Shown here: positions 1 to 7,678 of the stretch, in pieces | Position numbering within the stretch: the stretch's first letter is position 1 | How the letters are laid out: each line of letters begins with the position of its first letter | NCBI GenBank assembly: GCA_040220235.1 | Contig: JAVJTO010000024.1 | Reading direction: 5' to 3' (one strand) | DNA: 64,000 nucleotides | Origin: Coleofasciculus sp. B1-GNL1-01 | GTDB lineage: Bacteria > Cyanobacteriota > Cyanobacteriia > Cyanobacteriales > Coleofasciculaceae | Position numbers and translations under genes: made by a program | Notes under the pieces: model-generated | Databases searched by the model: none | The model's input: the letters and a program-made list of their open reading frames with translations, nothing else | Told to the model about the DNA's origin: nothing

Positions 1-48
1 TCGCTGAAACCTTGATGTGGCGTGGGTTTCAGCCTATCTCTTGTCATA

Positions 49-110
49 TTGCAAAAATACCGCGATACGTTCCTTCTTCAGCAGGCTCCGCCAACGCGGT
101 ATTTTTGCAA
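49..110. repeat. Perfect 16-bp inverted repeat within a palindrome-rich intergenic element (possibly the end of a MITE/IS cut by the window edge)
   Basis: TTGCAAAAATACCGCG (49-64) / CGCGGTATTTTTGCAA (95-110); flanking GCTGAAACC...GGTTTCAGC hairpin. Confidence 0.6.
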
Positions 111-230
111 GGGCTACTTATGTACGATTTTTGAGGAGTTGAGCGCTAAAACCCCCACGGAATAAGGCTTTAGCCTGAGTATAGTACATCTGTATGGGGG
201 GAGAACTTCAGGTTAAAAAACTAAACAAAA

Positions 231-1616
231 TTACCTCTTCCTTCCGATATCTAAAATTCTCCAAGTAATTAAAGCACTGACGATGCCAATCAATACGCTC
301 AAGCCAAAGGTTAAACTAAAATTTGCCCAATGGTTTAGTGCGGGTGTCGGTTGATTGGCAGGGACTGGTAAAATACTCTTGACAATCCCTTCTGCTTGTT
401 CAGTCAGGGCAGACGCAGCCAGTGATGCAGTGCTAATTCCCACACTCGCGATCGCGACGGTTTGATTGAGGGCGCGTTCGTTCTTGGTTTTCTCAATTTC
501 GATGATTCCAGCAATGGTTTTCATACAGGTTTCTAGGGGATTTAATCCAGCTTTCAGGGTTTGGTAATCACTGTGAATGTGGCTGATAAATTTCTCCGTC
601 GCCATCTCACCAAAGTCTTTCAGAAAGCCGAGATCACTGTTAGGGTCAAGTTGTGCGATCGCCTCGACTCGCTCGATGTAGTTCTGAGTATTGATTTCTA
701 GGTTCGAGGCTTGTTCTTGCAGATAACCCAAACAGGTTTCGTACTCGTGGGATATCCATAAAGCATGGGCTAATTCTTGTTGCAATTCATCTAGATTTAG
801 TGGAGAAGTATGAAGGTGTTTGCGTAAAGAATTAACCCATTTTTGGATAACCCCCGATGAATCTTTCAGTTTTCTTTTCAGTTGATGGCTTTGTTCATAA
901 CTCCACAATACTTTATTGCGGTAGTTAAACAGACGGATTAAGTTATTGTAGAGTCTGCCAATAATATCTTTCAATTCTGTGTCGGTTGTATCATAAGGAA
1001 ATAAGCAGATCAGGATATAGTGATTGAGGTTTAAGCCATCGGGAATAGTGTCAGTTTGTTTGAGTTCAAAGCACGTTGCTCCTTGAAACGTTCCCTGTCG
1101 TTGCCATTTGGCGTGGGGAAGCAGTTGTAAAGCGTTATAACAAGCTTTTGCTGTTGCTTCTGGGTCTTGATTTGTCGTAGCTAATTTACCCCAAACCAGC
1201 CAGTTTTCACCCATCTCACCAGGGATTTTATGGGTGTGTTCGAGGATAATCTCTTTGATTTGTCCTAGTTGTTCCTCTAGGGAGAGGTGTTCCCAATCGG
1301 GTTCGTTATCTTTACCCGAACAGTCGATTTGCAGAGCATAAGTATCGCCAACTTTCACCGGGTAATAATAGCCGTCGAGGGGATATTTAAACCGCTCAAT
1401 TTTCTCCGCCCCTAAAAGTTCGATATAACTGTCAAATGGGATTTCAGCATCTTGGAGTTCGGCGAGTTTTTGATCACTGAGGCTATCCGGATAAATGCGC
1501 TGCCAAAAACGGCGGCGATTTTCCTGGATTTGCTCATTACTCTGTCCCAATCCGTCTACGAAATCATAGAGGAATAAATCGACAGTGGGATAAATCAGTT
1601 GGGGAGATGAGTTCAT
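231..1616 (-). CDS. Hypothetical membrane protein: soluble N-domain, long helical stalk, two C-terminal hydrophobic helices (CorA-like architecture)
   Basis: 461-aa ORF; helical/coiled-coil middle; hydrophobic segments TVAIASVGISTASLAASAL and FSLTFGLSVLIGIVSALITWRIL. Confidence 0.65.
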   Translation of the reverse strand: MNSSPQLIYPTVDLFLYDFVDGLGQSNEQIQENRRRFWQRIYPDSLSDQKLAELQDAEIPFDSYIELLGAEKIERFKYPLDGYYYPVKVGDTYALQIDCSGKDNEPDWEHLSLEEQLGQIKEIILEHTHKIPGEMGENWLVWGKLATTNQDPEATAKACYNALQLLPHAKWQRQGTFQGATCFELKQTDTIPDGLNLNHYILICLFPYDTTDTELKDIIGRLYNNLIRLFNYRNKVLWSYEQSHQLKRKLKDSSGVIQKWVNSLRKHLHTSPLNLDELQQELAHALWISHEYETCLGYLQEQASNLEINTQNYIERVEAIAQLDPNSDLGFLKDFGEMATEKFISHIHSDYQTLKAGLNPLETCMKTIAGIIEIEKTKNERALNQTVAIASVGISTASLAASALTEQAEGIVKSILPVPANQPTPALNHWANFSLTFGLSVLIGIVSALITWRILDIGRKR

Positions 1617-1655
1617 ATAACGTTATCAATCAATTATAAAATCATTATCGCGGCT

Positions 1656-1700
1656 GTAGGGGCGCACCGACGTGCGCCCTATCACCGACGTGCGCCCTAC
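1656..1700. repeat. GTAG-type REP-like palindrome with partial tandem duplication
   Basis: GTAGGGGCGCACCGACGTGCGCCCTA-TCACCGACGTGCGCCCTAC; inverted copy at ~7564-7587. Confidence 0.7.
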
Positions 1701-1758
1701 TCAATGTACGGCGTCAGGCTGTAAAATCCTATAGGAAATAAAATTGATTTTTGATTAG

Positions 1759-2199
1759 TCATACTTCATACTTCTTCTTAGCAGAATTTACCGGATTAGG
1801 ATCAGAAAGAATTTGAGCGGTTTGATCAAGTTTGGTTCGATCTAATTTAGCTTCAATTGTTGCTAGAGTACATTCCATCTGGGCAATGAAATCCTGGATA
1901 TCTCTAGTATGATTAGGGATTTCTCGATTATTATCGTCGTCAGCGTTATCAGCCGGAAGAAATTTTAACCCTATCTTCTCTTTTGCTGCTGTATCGGTTA
2001 ACAAGAGACGGGCAGATTCATAAGGTATCTTCAAAGCAGGAATGCTAATTGCCAAATCGTGCAATTCTCCAATCCGGGTTTCCAGGGATTGGGCAATATC
2101 TGCCAATTTTTCCTTGATTGTATCAGAGAGAGGCGATCGCTGTTGGCAGAGGGCAGCAAGAAAGGCTTTGAGAGTCAGGACATCGGCGTCTTTCATCAT
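1759..2199 (-). CDS. Hypothetical small helical protein
   Basis: 146-aa ATG ORF co-oriented between the TPR-CHAT and the membrane gene; acidic linker ADNADDDNNRE. Confidence 0.7.
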   Translation of the reverse strand: MMKDADVLTLKAFLAALCQQRSPLSDTIKEKLADIAQSLETRIGELHDLAISIPALKIPYESARLLLTDTAAKEKIGLKFLPADNADDDNNREIPNHTRDIQDFIAQMECTLATIEAKLDRTKLDQTAQILSDPNPVNSAKKKYEV

Positions 2200-2299
2200 G
2201 GACTATTGAGTCGGAGCATATAATACTACTTTAATGGAGTTATCGATTGATTGCAGAACTTTAGGGGCGCATTGATATTATTGGTGTCAATTTAAGCTA

Positions 2300-2412
2300 A
2301 ACCCCTCTCCCCCAGCCCGTCTCCCACACTGGGGAGAGGGGAGCAAGAAAGGAGTCCGCCTGAATAATTCCCCATCTCCCTTGAAGGGAGAAGGGGTTAG
2401 GGGATGAGGGTG
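2300..2412. repeat. Cyanobacterial CCCCTCTCCC/GGGAGAGGGG palindromic dispersed repeat
   Basis: cccctctccccca...tggggagagggg and ccccatctcccttgaagggagaagggg hairpins. Confidence 0.55.
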
Positions 2413-2485
2413 AAAAATTGTAACCATAGAATTATATTTTTAAACATAGAGGAACGCAGAGGAAGTTAAAAATTGAGTCTAATCC

Positions 2486-5400
2486 TTAAACACCAGATAT
2501 CGTAAACGCCGCCCAGTAATACGGATGACAATAAGGTGGAGCATTATTTTCCATTCTATCTAGTAAATCGCGCTGGTCTTGCAGAACAAGCTGAAGCGAT
2601 TTATATTGGGCAAGTTGAGGAATTACTTGATCTAACCACTCAATGAGTTGCTCACAATTCGCTGTTTTTAGCCAATTTTGAGCCGATTTTAGTGCCATTG
2701 GGGGCGATTGTCCCGCCTCAAGGTGCTGGTAAAATTTGACAATTAATAAAGCGCTAGCCGCTGATTCTACTGTCCACAGGGGACTAATCACATAAGTTAC
2801 CCCAGCTTTCAGAAAGGCGCTGACTAATCCTACATATTCATCAGTAATGGTTTCGTCGCCAGTCATCGCGGTTTCACAAGCACAAAGACAAGCCAGATAG
2901 TAGTCTCTCAAATCCAGATGGATAATATCGGTTAATGTTAATTGGTCAGTATCGTGGAGGAATAGACAAGATTGAGCCGGATTGCTGGGATTGTAGGCTC
3001 CATGTCCGGTAAAGTGGAAGACATGATGGGGAGTTTGTAGAGATTGGCAGAGGGATTTACGAGTCGCGTTTGGGTTGGCGATTAGCGTAATCTGGGAAAA
3101 TGGCTGACGAATTAATGCTGCTTCAACTTCAGCGAAGGGTAAGTCGGATAAGGGTGTAGCTTTTCCCTGAATGAATGGCGTACTTTTGGGATTTTCTACC
3201 AGTAATAAAGAATGGAGTAGGGGACAATTATCCGGAGTGTCATTAATCGGAAAGTTTCCGCCATCGTCCCTATTTTCCTCATCCTCCAGAATCAACCGCA
3301 ACTTAGAATAAGCGCTGGGGAGATACGTACAGGTATAATTCGGGAAAAAATAGTGCAGGGGGAAGCGGTGCAAGTCGCGGTGGGGAATCAGGATAAGATT
3401 TTCAATCGGCTGATTTTGTAGGTATTCAATAATACCAGAGATATTCAGAATCGCCCGGAGTTCCTGGAAACTCTCCACCATTTGACGACGCCAAGGATGT
3501 TGTTTTTTATCGGTTCCGTTGGCTTTCTCCTTTGAACTCCGATACGCCTGATAACATTGATTCCATTCGGTTAACCATTTTTCCCAAGCCAGAACGTGCT
3601 GTAACGAGGCAGAACGCTGGTCATTCATATCTATAAACCCTCTGCGAACCTCTGCGTTTCCCTCTGCGTTCCTCTGCGTTAAAACAACCTGCAACGCATC
3701 AGGTACTATCACAAACGTCGTTAACGCACTCGGACTCAAATGCCAATAAATCGCCGCCGTCGTTGGAGTTAAAAGACGTTGAATCTGGCGGTAATCCAGT
3801 TCCGGAACCTCCTCATATCCTAAGAACCAACGCAAACAGGTATTTTTTCCGGTTTCGGCGAGGGTTAAAGCACCAGCAATATCTCCTGACTGCATCGCTA
3901 AATCGACGGTTAATTGATTAAATAGGGCAGATTTGAGCGCCAGTTTTTGTTTTTGCGGCGTAGTTCGTTTGGGGTCAGCTAATAGGCGCTGTAATAGGTC
4001 AGCACCCCGACGCTGTAATTCTCGCGCTTCCTCAATTTTCCCCAAATCTAGTAACACCCGAATCAAATCTTGCAAGACTTTGAGATGTAATTCTTCAAAT
4101 TCAGGCGGTTTTAGGGTTTGCAGGGCGGTTTTGTAGCTAGTTTCTGCCTTGCGCCAGAAGGAAGAAGGTTTAGCAGATTGTCGCCCTTGGAAATAATGCG
4201 CCCTGCCAGTTTGGTGATGTAAAACTCCCCAGCCTTCAGGATGAGTATCGCGACGAATGGTTTTATCGAGTGGGGCTTGATAGCTAGCAATTCTGCCTTC
4301 GTAACCGCGTAAATTCAGTTGAGGATTACTGAGGGATGGATGCTTGAGGGAATCTTGAGCAATCTTGGCAATAACGTCCTCAGAGAGAGGTTTTTGGATG
4401 AGGTCAATTAATGTTTGGGAGGGCGGTTGCTGAATTATCTGGCTGAGTTTGGGTGAAGGCGGTTGTTTAAGTTGGGCAATAACTTTGGGTGAGTCAGCAA
4501 AAGTTTCTTTGAGTAAGGCAATGCTGGACTTCAGAGAGGCTTGGAATAGAGTAAGATAGCGTTCTCGATTCGTGGCGTTCAGTGTAGGAATTAAGATATC
4601 AGGGGCTTTATTACGTTCTGAGCGAAAGCAGCCGGTCAAGTTTTGTTGGCAAAAATATTCATAACCGAATGATTTTATTGCTGCAACCCCCCGATTGCTC
4701 CACGCTTGGTAATAATCAGGTTGGAGAGAAATTGCCTGGTCATAACTTGCCAGTGCTTCTTCATGTCGTCCTAACTCATCAAGCGCAATGCCCCGGTTGT
4801 CCCAGTCTTGGTAGTCATCAGGTCGCAGAGAGATTGCCTGATCAAAATTTGCCAGTGCTTCTTCATATCTTCCTAACTCCATGAGCACAGCGCCCCGGTT
4901 ATGCCAGGCTTGGTAGTCATCAGGTTGGAGAGAGATGACCTGGTCATCACTTGTCAGTGCTTCTCTGTATCTTCCTAAGTTACTAAGCATAACACTCCGG
5001 TTTAACCAGGCTTGGTAGTAATCAGGTTGGAGAGAAATTGCCTGGTCATAACTTGCCAGTGCTTCTTCATTTCGTCCTAACTTAATAAGAACAAGACCCC
5101 GGTTGTCCCACGTTTGGTGGTAATCAGGTTGGAGAGAGATTGCCTGGTCAAAATTTGCCAGTGCTTCTTCATTTCGTCTTAACTCACTAAGCGCAATACC
5201 TTTTCTGCGCCAAGCTTGGTAGTAATCAGATTGGAGAGAGATTGCTTGGTCAAAATTTGCCAATGCCTCTTCATATCTTCCTAACTCCAAAAGCGCAATG
5301 CCCCGGTTGTCCCAGGCTTTGTAGTAATCAGGTTGGAGAGAGATTACCTGGTCATAACTTGTCAGTGCTTCTTCCTGTCGCCCTAACTCACCAAGCACAA

Positions 5401-6868
5401 CGCCCCGGTTAAACCAGGCTTGGTAGTAATCAGGTTGGAGAGAGATTGCCTGGTCATAACTTGCCAGTGCTTCTTCATGTCGTCCTAACTTACCAAGCTC
5501 AATGCCCCGGTTAAACCAGGCTTGGTAGTCGTCAGGTTGGAGAGAAATTACCTGGTCATAACTTGTCAGTGCTTCTTCATGTCGTCCTAACTCAAAAAGC
5601 ATAACGCCCCGGTTGTTCCAGGCTTGGTAGTCGTTAGGCTGGAAAGAGATTACCTGGTCAAAATTTGCCAGTGCTTCTTCATTTCGTCCTAACTCACCAA
5701 GCGCAACACCCCGTTTAAACCAGGCTTGGTAGTCGTCAGGTTGGAAAGAGATTACCTGGTCAAAATTTGCCAGTGCTTCTTCATTTCGTCCTAACTCAAA
5801 AAGCACAATGCCCCGTTTAAACCAGGCTTGGTAGTTGTCAGGTTGGAAAGAGATGGCCTGATCAAAATTTGCCAGTGCTTCTTCATGTCGTCCTAACTCA
5901 AAAAGCACAACGCCCCGGTTAAACCAGGCTTGGTAGTCGTCAGGTTGGAGAGAGATTACCTGGTCAAAATTTGCCAGTGCTTCTTCATGTCGTCCTAACT
6001 TAAAAAGCGCAGCACCCCAGTTTTTCCAGGCTGGGTAGTAATCAGTTTGGAGAGAGATTGCCTGGTCAAAATTTGCCAGTGCTTCTTCATGTCGTCCTAA
6101 CTCAAAAAGCACAGCACCCCGGTTGTCCCAGGTTTTGTAGTAATCAGGTTGGAGAGAGATTGCCCGGTCAAAATTTGCCAGTGCTTCTTCGTATCGTCCT
6201 AACATCCCCAGCACAACGCCTCTTCCGCGCCAAGCTTGGTAGTAATCAGGTTGGAGAGAGATTGCCCGGTCAAAATTTGCCAGTGCTTCTTCATTTCGTC
6301 CTAACTTACCAAGTTCAATGCCATGATTACAACACAAATCTGCATCTGAAACTGTGGAATAATTGCTCGCAGGAACCGGCTTTTGGTTATATCCAGAACC
6401 ATTTAAACCAGCCAATAGCTGATTCAATTTCTCAACCTCACTCAAACTCGCCCCTTGCTCATTTCCCTCAGATATAGCCGATTCAGTTATCACAAAATTA
6501 TCCGGTTCCGGCACAACCAACAACCCCTCTGCCAATTCCCGCGCCACCCGTGCCAATTCTCCATGTGCCATTTCTCCCAACCGCCTCAACCGCCGCGCCA
6601 ACTCCTGATGCACCTCTGGCTGTGCCAACCAGCGCTGACCAAATTCCTGTAACCACTCCGCCAGCCGTTGCTGATGCACATTCCGACTAATCAAAAATGC
6701 CTGTAACTGTCCCCAAGTTTTCCCCTGCGCTACTTCTGCCAATAGCGCTAAAACCACATTCTCGTAGTCCAAATCACTGGGTTGAGTGGGTGGAGGTGGA
6801 GGCGTCGGCGGTTGACGTATAAACCAGCGTTTCAGCCAACGCCAGAGTTTAGCGAGTAACTTGAACAT
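2486..6868 (-). CDS. TPR-repeat + CHAT (caspase HetF-associated) protease; likely start ATG 6868 (ORF track extends to 6955 via an alternative start)
   Basis: 16 full 34-aa TPRs (YQAWxNRGxxLxxLGRxEEALAxFDQAISLQPD); CHAT motifs LILIPHRDLHRFPL, HFTGHG (His), LCACET (Cys), PYYWAAF; the 6869-6955 extension overlaps a REP element. Confidence 0.93.
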   Translation of the reverse strand: MFKLLAKLWRWLKRWFIRQPPTPPPPPTQPSDLDYENVVLALLAEVAQGKTWGQLQAFLISRNVHQQRLAEWLQEFGQRWLAQPEVHQELARRLRRLGEMAHGELARVARELAEGLLVVPEPDNFVITESAISEGNEQGASLSEVEKLNQLLAGLNGSGYNQKPVPASNYSTVSDADLCCNHGIELGKLGRNEEALANFDRAISLQPDYYQAWRGRGVVLGMLGRYEEALANFDRAISLQPDYYKTWDNRGAVLFELGRHEEALANFDQAISLQTDYYPAWKNWGAALFKLGRHEEALANFDQVISLQPDDYQAWFNRGVVLFELGRHEEALANFDQAISFQPDNYQAWFKRGIVLFELGRNEEALANFDQVISFQPDDYQAWFKRGVALGELGRNEEALANFDQVISFQPNDYQAWNNRGVMLFELGRHEEALTSYDQVISLQPDDYQAWFNRGIELGKLGRHEEALASYDQAISLQPDYYQAWFNRGVVLGELGRQEEALTSYDQVISLQPDYYKAWDNRGIALLELGRYEEALANFDQAISLQSDYYQAWRRKGIALSELRRNEEALANFDQAISLQPDYHQTWDNRGLVLIKLGRNEEALASYDQAISLQPDYYQAWLNRSVMLSNLGRYREALTSDDQVISLQPDDYQAWHNRGAVLMELGRYEEALANFDQAISLRPDDYQDWDNRGIALDELGRHEEALASYDQAISLQPDYYQAWSNRGVAAIKSFGYEYFCQQNLTGCFRSERNKAPDILIPTLNATNRERYLTLFQASLKSSIALLKETFADSPKVIAQLKQPPSPKLSQIIQQPPSQTLIDLIQKPLSEDVIAKIAQDSLKHPSLSNPQLNLRGYEGRIASYQAPLDKTIRRDTHPEGWGVLHHQTGRAHYFQGRQSAKPSSFWRKAETSYKTALQTLKPPEFEELHLKVLQDLIRVLLDLGKIEEARELQRRGADLLQRLLADPKRTTPQKQKLALKSALFNQLTVDLAMQSGDIAGALTLAETGKNTCLRWFLGYEEVPELDYRQIQRLLTPTTAAIYWHLSPSALTTFVIVPDALQVVLTQRNAEGNAEVRRGFIDMNDQRSASLQHVLAWEKWLTEWNQCYQAYRSSKEKANGTDKKQHPWRRQMVESFQELRAILNISGIIEYLQNQPIENLILIPHRDLHRFPLHYFFPNYTCTYLPSAYSKLRLILEDEENRDDGGNFPINDTPDNCPLLHSLLLVENPKSTPFIQGKATPLSDLPFAEVEAALIRQPFSQITLIANPNATRKSLCQSLQTPHHVFHFTGHGAYNPSNPAQSCLFLHDTDQLTLTDIIHLDLRDYYLACLCACETAMTGDETITDEYVGLVSAFLKAGVTYVISPLWTVESAASALLIVKFYQHLEAGQSPPMALKSAQNWLKTANCEQLIEWLDQVIPQLAQYKSLQLVLQDQRDLLDRMENNAPPYCHPYYWAAFTISGV
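4680..6340 (-). repeat. Tandem 102-bp coding repeats (about 16.5 units) encoding the TPR array
   Basis: Recurring caaaatttgccagtgcttcttc and caggttggagagag at a 102-bp period. Confidence 0.95.
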
Positions 6869-6907
6869 GGAATTGATGGCTGACGTTTCACGGTATCTGA
6901 CCCCTCT

Positions 6908-6970
6908 GTAGGGGCGGGTTTCACCACTATCTTTTCGGTTGTACCCGGATGTCACTAAACCCGCCCCGAC
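6908..6970. repeat. GTAG-type REP-like hairpin
   Basis: GTAGGGGCGGGTTT...AAACCCGCCCCGAC. Confidence 0.6.
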
Positions 6971-7296
6971 TGGGGTTTCACCACTTTATACTGTGGTCAA
7001 GATTAATTTTAAGATAATCCAGTGTTCAGTATCGTGGCAAAGGTGCGTTACGCTACCCTTCGGGAACGCTCCGCGAACGCTAACGCACCCTACTGCCGTG
7101 ACCCACCTTAATGGTGATTTTAGAAAAACGCTACATCCATTACATGACAAAGCTTTACGCTAATTTCCTATTGCACTATTTTAGCTGGGTCACGCCACTA
7201 CAGATAGAGCTTTATGTAAGTCCGATAAATGTGGACTCTAAGATGAATCGCACTGAAAATTTGCATGATGAAATCACCGAAATCTTTGATATACCG

Positions 7297-7517
7297 TAAG
7301 CTGTTCGGCATTTAAACCTTAATGTCAAGAATGGCAAAATCCTTGTAGTGCGTTAAGCGAAGCCATGCCGCAGGCTTTGCATCTTGCTCGCTGCTAATAC
7401 CCAATTTACAGCAGTTTTCAAGTTAGTAGACTACAGACGATCATTGCGCTGAAAAGCAAGCCGATACAATTTTGTATTCCATAAACGTGAAAAGCGCTGT
7501 AAATGCATGACAGCTTA
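7297..7517 (-). mobile_element. MITE family A (128-bp type, reverse orientation) carrying a nested ~91-bp MITE at 7409-7499
   Basis: Ends TAAGCTGTTCGGCATTTAAA...AATGCATGACAGCTTA match copies at 30241 and 48399; inner element CAGCAGTTTTCA...TGAAAAGCGCTG flanked by a duplicated TA. Confidence 0.85.
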
Positions 7518-7678
7518 GTTGACTAACACAGCTAAAATTGTGGAATAGATTGATGGTTAAATTGGGCGCACGTCGGTGCGCCCCTACAATTCTAATCCAC
7601 CAATTAAGGTGTGCCACGCCGCCATCGTGGGTTGAGCGAAGTCGAAACCCACCAGCATACCAGTCAGTGGCATTCGCT

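Noticed and set aside
4680..6340. 102-bp periodic repeats as a CRISPR array or DGR template/variable repeats
   Set aside because: The repeats are in-frame TPR codons without unique spacers; no cas or reverse transcriptase gene is in the window
4669..6652. Plus-strand ORFs 4669-4884, 6058-6477 and 6455-6652
   Set aside because: Antisense shadows of the TPR-CHAT gene
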